Assembly (NCBI RefSeq): GCF_006345805.1
Contig: NC_043005.1
Coordinates: forward strand, 64,728,001 to 64,792,000
Source of the DNA: Octopus sinensis
Lineage: Eukaryota
Length of the DNA: 64,000 bases
Direction of reading: 5' to 3'
Positions 54,113 through 61,780 of this stretch are shown one piece after another (within the stretch, counting starts at the first letter, position 1; every line of letters begins with the position of its first letter). The notes under the pieces are model-generated. The model was not told the origin of the DNA. It made no database searches and saw only the letters and a list, made by a program, of their open reading frames with translations. A program made the translations under genes and the position numbers.

Positions 54113-57100
54113 CATATATACGACGGGCTTCTTTCAGTTTCTGTCTACCAAATCCACTCACAAGGCTTTGGTCAGCCCAAGGCTATAGTAGAAGACACTT
54201 GCCCAAGATTACATGCAGTGGGACTGAACCATGAACCATGTGGTTCATAAGCAAGTTACTTACCACACAGCCACTTCTTAAAATTTATCAATTCTTACAT
54301 ATTTTATTTTATTATCATACAACCTGGCAAAATCATTAAAATGTTGAAGAAAATGCTTATTGGCATTTTGCTCATCTGTATCTTCTGAGTTCAAATTCCC
54401 CCTAGGTCGACTTTACCCTTCATCCTTCCATGGTAATAAAATAAGTACCTGTCAAGCACTGGGGTTGATATAATCAACTAGCCCCTTCCACTAAATTTCA
54501 GGCCTTGTTCCTATTGTAGATAGGATTATTATACAAAATTCATCACATATTAACTTGTCACTGTATGTCATACAGCCATCTTGTTAGCCAGCCCTCAATC
54601 AAATCATCCAACCCATGCTAGCATGGAAAGCGGACATTAAACAATGATGATGATGATTATTATTATTAGACTGAAACTGGAATTGACCATTAACATATTC
54701 AATGACTCAATTGTAGATTAGTTTTTGTATTTATTTATTAGTGCAAACTGTTGAAAGAATGCTGTTACATTTTCAGTAAGGCATGACCTTCGAAAGTTGG
54801 ACCTCATGGAGGCGATGACAAGTGACCAAGACCTCTGGAGATATGCTGTGCTTGAGAAGACCCAGCAAGCCAAGAGAGGCTGTAACTGTGGTCTATTCCA
54901 GCACAACAGAACCAGCCCATTTAAGAGTATCCTTCAACCATTGGCAATAAACTGCGCTTGTAAAAACCTGTTGAGTCAAGTGAAGTCATTGTTGTGGCCG
55001 ATGACAGTACCGCCTGACTGGTCCCGTGCTAGTGGCACGTAAAAAGCACCACTTGAGCATGGTTGTTATCAGTGCTGTCTGACTGGCCTTCATGCTGGTG
55101 GCACATAGGAAGGGCATCCAGCTGTAGAAACCTTGTCAGATCAGACTGGAGCTTGGTGTAGCCTCCTGGATTGCCAGCCCTCAGTCAAACATCCAACCCA
55201 TGCCAGTATGGAAAGCAGATGTTAAACGACAACGATGGTGATGATGATTCTATTATAGCTATACTTATTTGATTTATCATACGTATTTCACATGACTGGT
55301 ATTTGCATCTCATGTACATCTGCTTACAATGTTTTAATGATAAATTCCAGTACTAATGGTAAATTCTTGTGGTGTAAATAAGCTGTCATGATGTGGAAAG
55401 GGGTTGGTGAAAGTGTGTGCATGATAGAGAGAGAGAGATTCAAACAAGTGCTACTAGCATGTGCACACACACACACACACACAACAATTAACTGTGTGTG
55501 TACGTATACATGGGATAGTGGCAGAGAGTATGTATATGCATACACACATACACATAGGAACTAATGGAGAACTTACTTTTATAAAAAATATTCTTTTCTA
55601 CTCTAGGCACAAGGCCCAAAATTTTTGGTGGGGGGTGGTTTCCCAAGCCGGCAGCATGTAAAAAGTACTATTGAAACATGATCGATGCTAGTGCCTCCTG
55701 ACTGGCTCCTGTGCCAGTGGTACATAAAAAGCACCATCCAAATGTAGCCCATGCCAGTGCCCCTGACTGGTTCCCATGCTGGTGGCATGTAAAAATCGCT
55801 ATGCGAACATGATCGATGCCAGAGCCACTTGACTGGCTCCCATGCCAGTGGCACGTAAAAAGCACCCACTGCACTCTCAGAGTGGTTGGCGTTAGGAAGG
55901 GCATCCAGCTATAGAAACATTGCCAGATCAGATTGGAGCCTGCTGCAGCCTTCTGGCCAAACTGGCCAACCCATGCCAGCATGGAAAACAGACGTTACAC
56001 AATGATAATGATAAGTCAAAGAATTTGGTAGTACTGAACAATATGTTGTTGTATTTTGCCCTGTGATTTAGGGTCTCTGGGTCATGGAGTACATGGATAT
56101 CTTTTGCTTTGCATCACTTTAGTGTCATCTGAACAGTTGATGCTAAGTTTGGCTGATTGTTTATTTTTGCCATGTCTGAGAACAGAGGAAAGGAAACTGA
56201 GAATGGTGTCATGTAGTACTTGCCTTATTACCAAACATTTTATAGACGGCACCATTGACTGCCAGCATTTAACATTGGGCAAACCTTGGGAAAGGCTTTG
56301 GTAAAATAAATGTACACACAGAGCGAAATGGCAGAGCCTTCAGATTTTTCTTGTGTTGCTGTAGAAGGTGTGTTGAACTGTTTCATTCAGTGTGGAAGTC
56401 ATGTCGGGTGATGTTAAAAATCTCCATTTTATTATGTTTCTACTTACAATTCTGTCTATGTTTGAGATGTTGAGTGACATGGGTCTCTTAATGTTTGTAT
56501 CTTACTGCAGGGCTGGCCCAAGGTACTGGTAACTAAGCCGGTCACCTGGGACACCATGTGCTAGGGGGTGCCAAGGAAGGTGTGACAAAGACAAGGAAAT
56601 TTCCACAACTGTCAGCTTGTACACACCGAAGTTCAGCTTACTTGGGGTGCCAGCAACCCTAGGGCTGGCCCAGCTTACTGTCACCTTTTGGCATTTCTAG
56701 CATTCATCTACTACCTAGATGGTTCTGATAAAATGCCATCAATGATCTAGAAAGCCAGACTTGGCAGAATTTCAATAGTAGAGTTGAAGGATGCCTGATC
56801 TGAGGGTTCAAATGACATCAGAATTTCTAATTAATTCAATTATGTCCTGTTCGTCTGTCTTACATTGTTGTGAGAAGTTGTTGCCAAAAGAATATATTAG
56901 TGCATTCAATATGTTGCTCTGTCTTTAACTGGGAAAAGTTGCTTAGCTATTGTTCTTTGAGTTGTTGGCTAGTCTGTGAAAGATCATTCATATATAATCT
57001 ATCTGGACATTGAGACAGACCAGTTTTTACTTTCAAGAAAGGAAGGAAGGAAGGAAGGAAGAGAGAGAGGGATGGAGGGAGGAAGAAAGGAAGGAAGGAA

Positions 57101-57409
57101 GGAAGAAACAAACAAACACACACACACACAAACACACACACACATGTAAAAAGATACATTTATGTATATGCATGCATACATGTAAACATGGGTACTTTCA
57201 AATGCATACACACACACACATACAAATACAAACATTCAATGATATCAAACATTATTTAGCAAAAACTTATAACTGGAAGTAAAATGTATATAAAACTAGG
57301 TAATCTTTAAACTTACAGAAAATCTTTCAATCCAGCTGTCAATGAGTACGAGTATCATCAAACACAGATAGTCAATTTGACTCATGAAATTTACATAGTC
57401 TTGATCAAA
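2437..57409 (-). CDS. DNAH5: Axonemal outer-arm dynein heavy chain, DNAH5/DNAH8-like (partial; 10 exons, 1761 nt, 587 codons of the N-terminal tail)
   Basis: Exons join in phase with no stops. Peptides FDQDY, TQRAL..KFE, NYGKDLETIRKLYQKQ, PPTAGRIMWAQQL, ELFVNFD, LTWTSINID, YFTQKNTDALVK, LEDLQHGLNKAV and SEFEENLRHF are collinear with vertebrate DNAH5 as recalled. DNAH8 or another paralogue cannot be excluded. Confidence 0.9.
2900..3600 (-). mobile_element. Degenerate DNA transposase remnant (hAT-like C-terminal region)
   Basis: ORF 3168-3467 plus flanking broken frames resemble a hAT-type dimerisation region; recalled similarity only. Confidence 0.45.
3640..3945 (-). mobile_element. SINE family B (tRNA-derived)
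   Basis: Head TGGCCTAGTG.TTAGGG..GGTTTCGATTCCC; body TTGAGCGAAAACACCTAAGCTCCACGAG. Confidence 0.85.
4365..4725 (-). mobile_element. SINE family A (tRNA-derived; octopus OK/OR-type)
   Basis: Head GGAGTGGCTGTGTGG..GGTTCAGTCCC; tail CAGCATGGCC.CAGTCAAATGACTGAAACAAGTAAAAG. Confidence 0.85.
4989..5415 (+). mobile_element. SINE family A
   Basis: Diverged full-length copy. Confidence 0.8.
5745..6080 (-). mobile_element. CR1/L2-type LINE 3' end
   Basis: TGRHCMVP..NSLGFRGPQLFNILPKCLRN..FKTKLDLFLSGVPDEP..AAASNSL, then 3' UTR hairpin and repeat tail. Confidence 0.85.
6411..6822 (+). mobile_element. SINE family A
   Basis: Full-length copy. Confidence 0.9.
7103..7322. mobile_element. piggyBac-like MITE
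   Basis: TTAA|CCCTTTAG...CTAAAGAG|TTAA. Confidence 0.7.
7650..8047 (-). mobile_element. SINE family A
   Basis: Full-length copy. Confidence 0.9.
8610..8760 (+). mobile_element. SINE family A, 5' part
   Basis: Head and core only. Confidence 0.7.
8765..8858. repeat. (TA)n microsatellite
   Basis: Read directly. Confidence 0.95.
8890..9195 (+). mobile_element. Penelope-like pLTR fragment between (TA)n tracts
   Basis: Pyrimidine-rich segment carrying the minimal hammerhead-like motif CCGACGAAGAG-CTCCA-CTCGAAACGTC. Confidence 0.5.
9259..9536. repeat. ~280-bp imperfect palindrome
   Basis: Arms are reverse-complementary around TAAGT|ACTTA at 9385/9386. Confidence 0.9.
9975..10085. repeat. (TG)n/(TGCG)n microsatellite
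   Basis: Read directly. Confidence 0.95.
10509..10721 (-). CDS. DNAH5: Dynein exon: PESSDVDITES...KTFFKIISEHKDIVK...SELWTR
   Basis: acatttag acceptor, gtatac donor, 213 nt, phase 0/0. Confidence 0.9.
11310..11950 (+). mobile_element. RTE LINE apurinic endonuclease fragment
   Basis: SALIAHELSRLDIDITALSEV..MIKNSIASKLETLP..KVIILGDFNARLG..GNCNNNGYLLLEFC. Confidence 0.85.
12150..12365 (-). mobile_element. RTE LINE 3' ORF fragment
   Basis: VDGTCGRGRPRKTWDEVVKTDLRMLGLTEEMT. Confidence 0.8.
13470..14110 (+). mobile_element. RTE LINE RT fragment
   Basis: VGVPQGSVLSP, YADD (tatgctgatgat) and FYYLGDTISKGVGCSESIVARV..WKKFRE. Confidence 0.85.
14250..14990 (+). mobile_element. Degenerate Penelope-like element (linker and GIY-YIG region)
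   Basis: IINNRRQALNLERLLTKLRF..VKNCKEPRGICEII and HLDICA..FPF..KEEYLIK motifs, with stops. Confidence 0.65.
16144..16382 (-). CDS. DNAH5: Dynein exon: (S)TRMTLNLLKR...RPSLEDLQHGLNKAV...HLATAV
   Basis: tcttttag acceptor, gtaaac donor, 239 nt, phase 1/0. Confidence 0.92.
16413..16807 (+). mobile_element. Non-autonomous Helitron, copy 1
   Basis: 5' TC, 3' GC-rich hairpin (CCCaatcaacgccGGG variant) then CTAG; inserted between A and T with no TSD. Confidence 0.8.
16885..17205 (+). mobile_element. SINE family C (tRNA head with CORE-like segment)
   Basis: TGGCTCAGTGGTTAG..GAGTTCAATT..TGAGCAAGACACTTTA. Confidence 0.85.
17402..17621. mobile_element. piggyBac-like MITE
   Basis: TTAA|CCCTTT...AAAGGG|TTAA; a related copy at ~59200-59580 is split by a SINE. 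Confidence 0.7.
17945..18378 (-). mobile_element. SINE family A
   Basis: Full-length copy. Confidence 0.9.
18415..18635 (-). mobile_element. SINE family D
   Basis: TTCTGAGTTCAAATTC..GAGGT.GACTTTGCCTTTCATCCTT core, reverse orientation. Confidence 0.75.
18782..19117 (-). mobile_element. SINE family C
   Basis: Reverse-complement copy. Confidence 0.85.
19212..19610 (-). mobile_element. SINE family B variant with a different 3' domain
   Basis: Family-B head and body joined to a GTGTCTGTGGAGTGCTCAG..GTTCCGTTGAT domain. Confidence 0.8.
19975..20303 (+). mobile_element. SINE family C
   Basis: Copy. Confidence 0.85.
21247..21467 (-). CDS. DNAH5: Dynein exon: SSKLIEMSVGEL...YFTQKNTDALVK
   Basis: tatttcag acceptor, gtaagt donor, 221 nt, phase 2/1. 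Confidence 0.92.
21775..21880 (+). ncRNA. Type I hammerhead-like fold, decayed (C3U)
   Basis: UGUAC-UUGAUGA-GACCCA...UGGGUC-GAAA-C(GACU)GU-U-GUACA. Confidence 0.6.
23527..23900 (+). mobile_element. Degenerate Tc1/mariner-like MITE
   Basis: CAGGGTGTTCAG start in TA/CA context; broken transposase-like frame. Confidence 0.4.
24210..24605 (-). mobile_element. SINE family A
   Basis: Full-length copy. Confidence 0.9.
24729..24936 (-). CDS. DNAH5: Dynein exon: (Y)IKTSKEAVDRFKVLVKRVTDLLECQID...AATNLS(V)
   Basis: attttcag acceptor, gtatgt donor, 208 nt, phase 1/2. Confidence 0.9.
25502..25790 (+). mobile_element. SINE family B variant
   Basis: TGGCCTAGTGGTTAG..GGTTCGAATCTC head. Confidence 0.8.
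25843..26215 (+). mobile_element. SINE family D, two adjacent copies
   Basis: GGTGAGCTGGCAGAATTGTTAGCA head; core repeated at ~26072. Confidence 0.75.
26361..26734 (+). mobile_element. Helentron-associated (HINE/DINE-1-like) non-autonomous element
   Basis: 5' subTIR TTACCTCTGCC with an adjacent inverted partner, (TTTG/TCTG)n tract, 3' subTIR GGCAGAGG and a degenerate terminal hairpin. Confidence 0.55.
27116..27345 (+). mobile_element. SINE family D
   Basis: Copy. Confidence 0.85.
27403..27745 (-). mobile_element. SINE family C
   Basis: Copy. Confidence 0.85.
27890..28460 (+). mobile_element. Mariner transposase remnant (internally deleted)
   Basis: QVFEWHMYFKSG..TPENMRKIHELIHDD helix-turn-helix region and a HPPY.PD..PCNF-like motif. 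Confidence 0.7.
30007..30158 (-). CDS. DNAH5: Dynein exon: (W)FQDVLNEFKHIKAKIP...LTWTSINIDT
   Basis: gtttgaag acceptor, gtgagt donor, 152 nt, phase 2/1. Confidence 0.92.
30625..31080 (-). mobile_element. SINE family A with tandemly amplified 5' end
   Basis: Full length, plus 4 copies of a 15-nt head unit. Confidence 0.9.
31175..31614 (-). mobile_element. SINE family A
   Basis: Full-length copy. Confidence 0.9.
31681..32230 (+). mobile_element. Fold-back plus pLTR-like repeat carrying a hammerhead (probable PLE remnant)
   Basis: ~75-bp inverted arms at 31681-31908; internal segment repeated at 32127-32210; hammerhead at 32010-32056. Confidence 0.55.
32010..32056 (+). ncRNA. Type I hammerhead ribozyme candidate (intact core)
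   Basis: ACACAGA-CUGAAGA-UGGGU/ACCCA-GAAA-C(UCGG)GU-C-UGUGUGU. Confidence 0.7.
32408..32466. repeat. (CT)n microsatellite
   Basis: Read directly. Confidence 0.95.
32950..33480 (-). mobile_element. Degenerate CR1-type LINE RT fragment
   Basis: EPVQDLEIMM..CNF..YWEILNSL motifs with stops and frameshifts. Confidence 0.55.
33677..35858 (+). mobile_element. Sola2-like DNA transposon, near full length, pseudogenised
   Basis: NPDIFCYICG, KLGDEDKPWAPHKVC, PFGIPMVWREPS, IDSSKRSLKAVLLHNGN, PCFLCEWDSRA, LLPPLYIKLGLMKQF and HSHLDYFP..SEEHGERFH motifs with frameshifts; degenerate ~110-bp TIRs. Confidence 0.75.
36590..36925 (-). mobile_element. RTE 3' UTR fragment
   Basis: (cat)n tail, CCACGCTAGCATGGG, UTR motif units. 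Confidence 0.8.
37640..38052 (+). mobile_element. SINE family A
   Basis: Full-length copy, ~100 nt from an exon donor. Confidence 0.9.
38153..38382 (-). CDS. DNAH5: Dynein exon: LCYYHSWYKAV...ELFVNFDIQ...KILLP(W)
   Basis: tttttaag acceptor, gtatgt donor, 230 nt, phase 0/2. Confidence 0.92.
38455..39165 (-). mobile_element. CR1-type LINE 3' RT fragment
   Basis: ORF 38608-39210: MVRPHLEFASPVWNPYL..LEAVQQCATR..NTRGHVYK..RKHFFTLKVAEAWNKLP. Confidence 0.9.
39553..39618 (-). CDS. DNAH5: Dynein exon: HPDGQRIMANYRKLTKCLQTYE
   Basis: atttttag acceptor, gtgagt donor, 66 nt; aligns with the DNAH5 [21 protein letters not shown] segment. Confidence 0.88.
39666..40041 (+). mobile_element. Non-autonomous Helitron, copy 2
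   Basis: Same ~390-bp sequence; A|TC...CCCGAGCAACGCCGGG...CTAG|T. Confidence 0.82.
40786..41775 (+). mobile_element. RTE LINE 3' end with repeat-rich 3' UTR and (GAT)n tail
   Basis: ORF 40961-41164 (GTCGRGRPRKTWDEVVKHDL), UTR motif units, CCATGCTAGCATGG, (gat)n. Confidence 0.9.
41773..41898. repeat. (TA)n microsatellite
   Basis: Read directly. Confidence 0.95.
42232..42700 (-). mobile_element. RTE 3' UTR fragment
   Basis: Same tail; at least 4 motif units at ~64-nt spacing. Confidence 0.8.
42900..43118 (+). mobile_element. SINE family D
   Basis: Copy. Confidence 0.85.
43173..43590 (+). mobile_element. SINE family A
   Basis: Full-length copy, near consensus. Confidence 0.9.
43901..44270. 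repeat. Minisatellite, 3 units of ~120-150 bp
   Basis: Unit TAAACACTGCAAGGTATTCCTTTTGGTGCCTTTATTCTTCA...(CA)n. Confidence 0.85.
44345..44708 (+). mobile_element. RTE 3' UTR fragment
   Basis: AGGAAGGGCATCCAGC..CCATGCCAGCA..(gat)n. Confidence 0.75.
44718..44952 (+). mobile_element. SINE family D
   Basis: Copy. Confidence 0.85.
45862..46220 (+). mobile_element. SINE family A
   Basis: Diverged copy. Confidence 0.8.
46228..46760 (+). mobile_element. Tc1/mariner-type element remnant
   Basis: TA-CAGGATG start; SWLSDNF..LPPNSSDCNPFDYDVW motif. Confidence 0.7.
47113..48300 (-). mobile_element. hAT (Charlie/Buster, GTF2IRD2-like) transposon 3' part
   Basis: ORF 47817-48296 (LKQFYELKEGVKVFM..FLEDISSHLNNLNLK..FTHFPKL); TIR CAGGGATGGGGAAAC at 47113. 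Confidence 0.8.
48300..48790 (+). mobile_element. RTE 3' UTR fragment
   Basis: UTR motifs and (gat)n tail. Confidence 0.7.
48911..49340 (-). mobile_element. Mariner remnant
   Basis: FQHDNAWLH..VLPHPPFSPDLAPTDFHLF motif on the minus strand. Confidence 0.8.
49355..50836 (+). mobile_element. Penelope-like element, 3' part (GIY-YIG endonuclease remnant, pLTR with hammerhead, inverted flanking fragments)
   Basis: SIYQCKIT...(frameshift)YIGSSSSQLSKRISNHYSTF..NSTGLSKLIWYLKD..CLLCNSE matches the PLE GIY-YIG domain; hammerhead fold at 50582-50670. Confidence 0.85.
50582..50670 (+). ncRNA. Type I hammerhead-like fold in PLE pLTR (GUG at cleavage site)
   Basis: AUUUCC-CUGAAGA-GAAGAU...AUCUUC-GAAA-C(AUGU)GU-G-GGAAGU. 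Confidence 0.65.
51422..51679 (-). CDS. DNAH5: Dynein exon: TQRALALILKFE...KKPEIVK
   Basis: tgttcag acceptor, gtaatt donor, 258 nt, phase 0/0; inside ORF 51389-51727. Confidence 0.95.
52700..53520 (+). mobile_element. Ty3/gypsy integrase remnant
   Basis: TNAHPTSGSKIERFVQIFKEKIQK..FLKFSYCSAPH resembles the rve HP.SNG..ER..TFK motif. Confidence 0.55.
53806..54275 (-). mobile_element. SINE family A
   Basis: Full-length copy. Confidence 0.9.
54320..54530 (+). mobile_element. SINE family D
   Basis: Diverged copy. Confidence 0.7.
54775..55250 (+). mobile_element. RTE 3' end fragment
   Basis: HDLRKLDLMEAMTSDQDLWRYAVLEKT followed by UTR and tail. Confidence 0.8.
55640..56012 (+). mobile_element. 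RTE 3' UTR fragment
   Basis: Three motif units at ~65-nt spacing and tail. Confidence 0.75.
56508..56673. mobile_element. hAT-like MITE
   Basis: CAGGGCTGGCCC / GGGCTGGCCCAG termini; CTTACTG duplicated on both sides. Confidence 0.6.
57317..57409 (-). CDS. DNAH5: Dynein exon: FDQDYVNFMSQIDYLCLMILVLIDSWIERFS
   Basis: ttcatttcag acceptor, gtaagt donor, 93 nt, phase 0/0. Confidence 0.9.
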
Positions 57410-57452
57410 CTGAAATGAAAGGAAAATAATGAAAGTAGCATCAAACAGGAAA

Positions 57453-57846
57453 TCTCTCTGTATATATAAAGCTGAAGTTGTCTGAGTATGGCAGGTTTGG
57501 TAGCCTTCAACTAACACTATCTTCTCTGAGACCCTGCGAAACAAGTTGACCAAAATTGAGAGTATGATAGAAGAAGGCTTGCTCTTCCTTCCGTAGAAGA
57601 AAAAATTCAAATCGGACCATGTTAACACCAAAAATTATTTACATCAAAAAGGTACTTTTTTTCTATGAAAATCTCTACTTTTTACGATTTTTTGACTGCT
57701 GTGTCGCCATTTTTCGGTGTATTTCAACCAGAAAAATGTTCACTTAAAGAGAATAACAAGCTACATAATGCAAAAGTTTTACTTTTCAAAAGTTCCAATT
57801 CTAAAGGGTCGAAACAAACCCGAGCAACGCCGGGAGATACTGCTAG
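57453..57846 (+). mobile_element. Non-autonomous Helitron, copy 3
   Basis: Same family; A|TC...CCCGAGCAACGCCGGG...CTAG|T. Confidence 0.82.
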
Positions 57847-57899
57847 TAATTTTAAATAGCTTAGTAGAACAGGCTATCATTTTGTGAATTACCAATCTT

Positions 57900-58464
57900 G
57901 AAAATATTACTAAATTTTCTTTTAAATCAAGGTGCAAGACTGATTCTTGCTTGCTCTAGTTATTGTGCTTATGTGGTGTTGATTAGATTGTCATATGTTT
58001 GTTGAAGGATGCTTTCAAGGACTCTTGTCATGAAATCAGTGTTTGTAATGAGTCAGGTGTTCAGGTTGCATCAGGAACACTTGCTTTTTTAGAGCTACAT
58101 TGTTCTGAGGTTTTGCATGTGGTAATTGTGTGTGAAGCTGAAGGTACAAAGAAAAAGATTTTGGAAGAAATTTTGCGAAGTACATGGATGATGTGATTTA
58201 AGCAATGATCATACATTCTGATGGATATTGAGACAGTAAAGCTTGAGTAAAGACTGGATTTTGAGATGGCAAAGTGAGATGAAGTGAGATGAAGTGTGTC
58301 TGTTAGGGATTCATGTAGGTGTGGTTACTAAGTTGACAATTGAAATAGCCAAGAATTTAATCTCAAACCCAACAGCATCAGTGCTGGAGGATGTGAAAGT
58401 CAAGAGAAGTTGTATATAATGTAGTCTCTAACTACAACAAAGAAGGGTGAAAGTGAGGAGAGAG

Positions 58465-58512
<48 letters not shown>

Positions 58513-59200
58513 GAGAGAGAGAGAGAGAGTGAGAGAGAGAGAGAGAGAGTGAGAGAGAGAGAGAGAGAGAGACGTCTTCGATGTTGAGAGTGAGTCAAAT
58601 TGCTGATAAGGCTTGGAGAGGTTTGGGGAATACCAAAGCAGAAGATAATTTTGAGGAAGAGGTTTTCTTTCAATTAGTTTGTTTTGGGGTAAAAATACTG
58701 TGGCCATGGCCTTTGCAGATTCTCTTGAGATTGACACCGTTAATGTTCTACTTAAGTCAATGGCAAGTTGATTATACCATGGAGGATTTCAGCTTAACAA
58801 TGTTCTGGGAAAGAAGGAAAGCGAAAGTGTAATAGTTAATAAGATGGGGTTGCAGGTTTGGAAATAATATGGATGAAGAGGTGGAAATATAAGTGAGTCA
58901 GAAGTATCTGAGTGGAAGTGACATAAAACTACTTGGCTCCAAGACCATGTTACTAGTGAAGAGGAAAGACAGAGAGAGAGAGGATTATGACTCATATGTG
59001 GACAAAAGCTGGAACGTGTTTGTGAGTAACTTCATGCCGATCACTCAAATAGCCTTTCTTTGAATGTGGTCTAGAATGCTGTAGATTTGTCTCAGGTGTG
59101 GGAGTAGTAGAGAGCTTGAAGTTGTTGAAACTCTAAGATTGTACAGTAGTGAAAAGAGTGGATTTTATGTAAATATTAAAAGCTGCATTTCAGCAGAACA
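57900..59200 (-). mobile_element. Highly degenerate LINE RT (L2/Jockey-like), split by (GA)n
   Basis: Residual IAIDLSRTL (LDLSKAFD-like) and later RT-like stretches with many stops. Confidence 0.45.
58457..58572. repeat. (GA)n microsatellite
   Basis: Read directly. Confidence 0.95.
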
Positions 59201-59322
59201 TTCAACCCTTTCCTTACCATATTTCTATTAAAACATGTAACTTTTGAAAACAATGAAGTATTTATAAAATAACTTTGTCATTACTAAGCTGGTACTTAGA
59301 AAAGGCGGCGAGCTGGCAGAAT

Positions 59323-59538
59323 CGTTAGCATGCCAGGTGAAATGCTTAGCGGTATTTTGCCTGCCGCTACATTCTGAGTTCAAATTCCGCCGAGGTCGAC
59401 TTTGCCTTTCATCCTTTCGGGGATCGATAAATTAAGTACCAGTTATGCACTGGGGTCGATGTAATTGACTTAATACCTATGTCTGTCCTTGTTTGTCCCC
59501 TCTATGTTTAGCCCCTTGTGGGTAATAAAGAAATAGGT
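59323..59538 (+). mobile_element. SINE family D nested in a MITE
   Basis: Flanked by GGTA(C/T)TTAGAAA direct repeats. Confidence 0.85.
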
Positions 59539-59812
59539 ATTTAGAAAATGAATTAACAATAAAATTTTGATGGGAAGTTTTTATTTAGATCACTACAAAA
59601 TAAGAATGATAGAACCAATAGGATTTATGACAAAAGGATTAAATAGTGTAATTTTGATAGCTGATATGGGTTAGAAGTAGAAGATGAATGATTTTTGTCT
59701 GAAAAGAGAATAAGATCTGTACCTAGAATATTAGTGAGTGAAGTCCAGATAGGACCAAATTCTACAAACGTTTGCCTTAAAAAGGAAACTCTTCCATTTA
59801 TTGTCATTCTTA

Positions 59813-60034
59813 TTTACTCTTTTACTTGTTTCAGTCATTTGACGATGGCCATGCTGGAGCATCACCTTTAGTCGAGCAAAACGACCCCGGGACTTATTCT
59901 TTGTAAGCCTAATACTTATTCTATTGGTCTCTTTTGCAGAACTGCTAAGTTACGGGGACGTAAACACACCAGCATTGGTTGTCAAGGAATGTTGGGGGAA
60001 CAAACATAAACACACAAATACACACACACACACA

Positions 60035-60065
<31 letters not shown>

Positions 60066-60234
60066 ATATATATATACGATGGGCTTCTTTCTGTTTCCGT
60101 CAACCAAATCCACTCACAAGGCTTTGGTTGGCCCGAGGCTATAGTAGAAGACACTTGCCCAAGATGCCACGCAGTGGGACTGAACACGGAACCATGTGGT
60201 TGGAAAGCAAGCTACTTACCACACAGCCACTCCT
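59813..60234 (-). mobile_element. SINE family A
   Basis: Full-length copy. Confidence 0.9.
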
Positions 60235-60819
60235 ACTAATAGCATTATGTTATTAGTTTCATAAGGAGGGGCAGATGAATCAATAAGTCATGAGATTCTG
60301 TTGACAACCACTTTAATATCTTTATGCAAGTCAATTCAATGTCTGTCTATACAGATGAGTGTCTTGAATCTTATGCTTACCAGGACTCCAGTCACAAACT
60401 AAGGTAGAAAAAATATGGAATTCTGCAGCTGTTGATAAAGCAGTCTTTGTAGGTGCTTACCAGAGAAATAGGCTCCTGTTCATTCTGACGATGGATCTTC
60501 ACTAAGAAATTTGTATATTTAGTGGGTTTTAGGAGTTGATTATATAAGAATTTAAAGTAAAACTAACAATCTGATCATTTAGGAGACTATATGAAAATGT
60601 AACTAATGCAGAACTGTTGAAATAATAGTTGGTTCATGTATAGTTATGGAACACTGATTGCTGTGAAAGGTATATCTAGTTCTGAGGAATGATGGGATGA
60701 GAAATAGAGATGAATAAACAAGAAAGCAATCACAAAATAAAGCCAGTAATTTTGAATAGCAAAACGAGATTCATAGAAGAGATTTATGTGGTTCATGATC
60801 ACAAATGTGTATCTATGTA

Positions 60820-61222
60820 TAGGTGCAGGAGTGGCTGTGTGGTAAGTAGCTTGCTTACCAACCACATGGTTCTGGGTTCAGTCCCACTGCATAGCACTTT
60901 GGGCAAGTGTCTTCTACTATAGCTTCGGGCCGACCAAAGCCTTGTGAGTGGATTTGGTAGACGGAAACTGAAAGAAGCCCGTTGTATATATGTGTATGTA
61001 TGTGTGTGTATATGTTTGTGTGTCTGTGTTTGTCCTCCCAACATCACTTGACAACCGATGCTGATGTGTTTACATCCTCGTAACTTAGCGGTTCAGCAAA
61101 AGAGACTGATAGAATAAGTTCTAGGCTTACAAAGAATAAGTACCGGGGTCAATTTGCTCGACTAAAGCTGGTGCCCCTGCATGGCCACAGTCAAATGACT
61201 GAAACAAGTAAAGAGTAAAGAG
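60820..61222 (+). mobile_element. SINE family A
   Basis: Full-length copy. Confidence 0.9.
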
Positions 61223-61469
61223 AGTATATTTTCATAAGAAGTGTCAAGTCATGAATTTGTTGAATTACTGTAGCTCAGTTTTCTTCAAAAAACCCATGGC
61301 TTGGAGATAACTGATCAAAACATCTTTAGCCACCCATCCTCACCCCAGAAAGGAGTTCCATAGCTCTAAGCTTATATCATGTGCTTTCAATTTTTAAAAT
61401 GTATTAGATAAGGAAGAATATCCCTACCTTTCTTTCTCCTCTTTGCTATGTTGTATTATTTGATGATTT

Positions 61470-61780
61470 ATTTATTATTTATGCACCCTTTCCAAGCCTA
61501 GCCAGGCTCCTGTTTTTCTGGGTTCTATGGCATATCTGTTCCCCACCAGCTGGACAGGATGCCAGTCCATCGCAGCATTACTCAAGAAACAGGAAGAAAG
61601 AGTGAGAGAAAGTTGGAGCGAAAGAGTACAACAGGGGTTGCCACCACCCCCTGCTGGAGCCTCGTGGAGCTTTAGGTGTTTTCGCTCAATAAACACACAC
61701 AATGCCTGGTCTGGGACATGAAACCGCGATCCTCCGACCATGAATCCGCTGCCCTAACCACTGGGCCATCGCGCCTCCAC
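61470..61780 (-). mobile_element. SINE family B
   Basis: Matches 3640-3945. Confidence 0.85.

Noticed and set aside
60381-60501. Two microexon-like units (41 nt and 18 nt) with AG/GTAAGC sites on the gene strand
   Set aside because: The peptides (KIHRQNEQEPISL, FVTGVL) do not resemble the DNAH5 segment expected before FDQDY; such sites arise by chance in 64 kb; RNA-seq would be needed.
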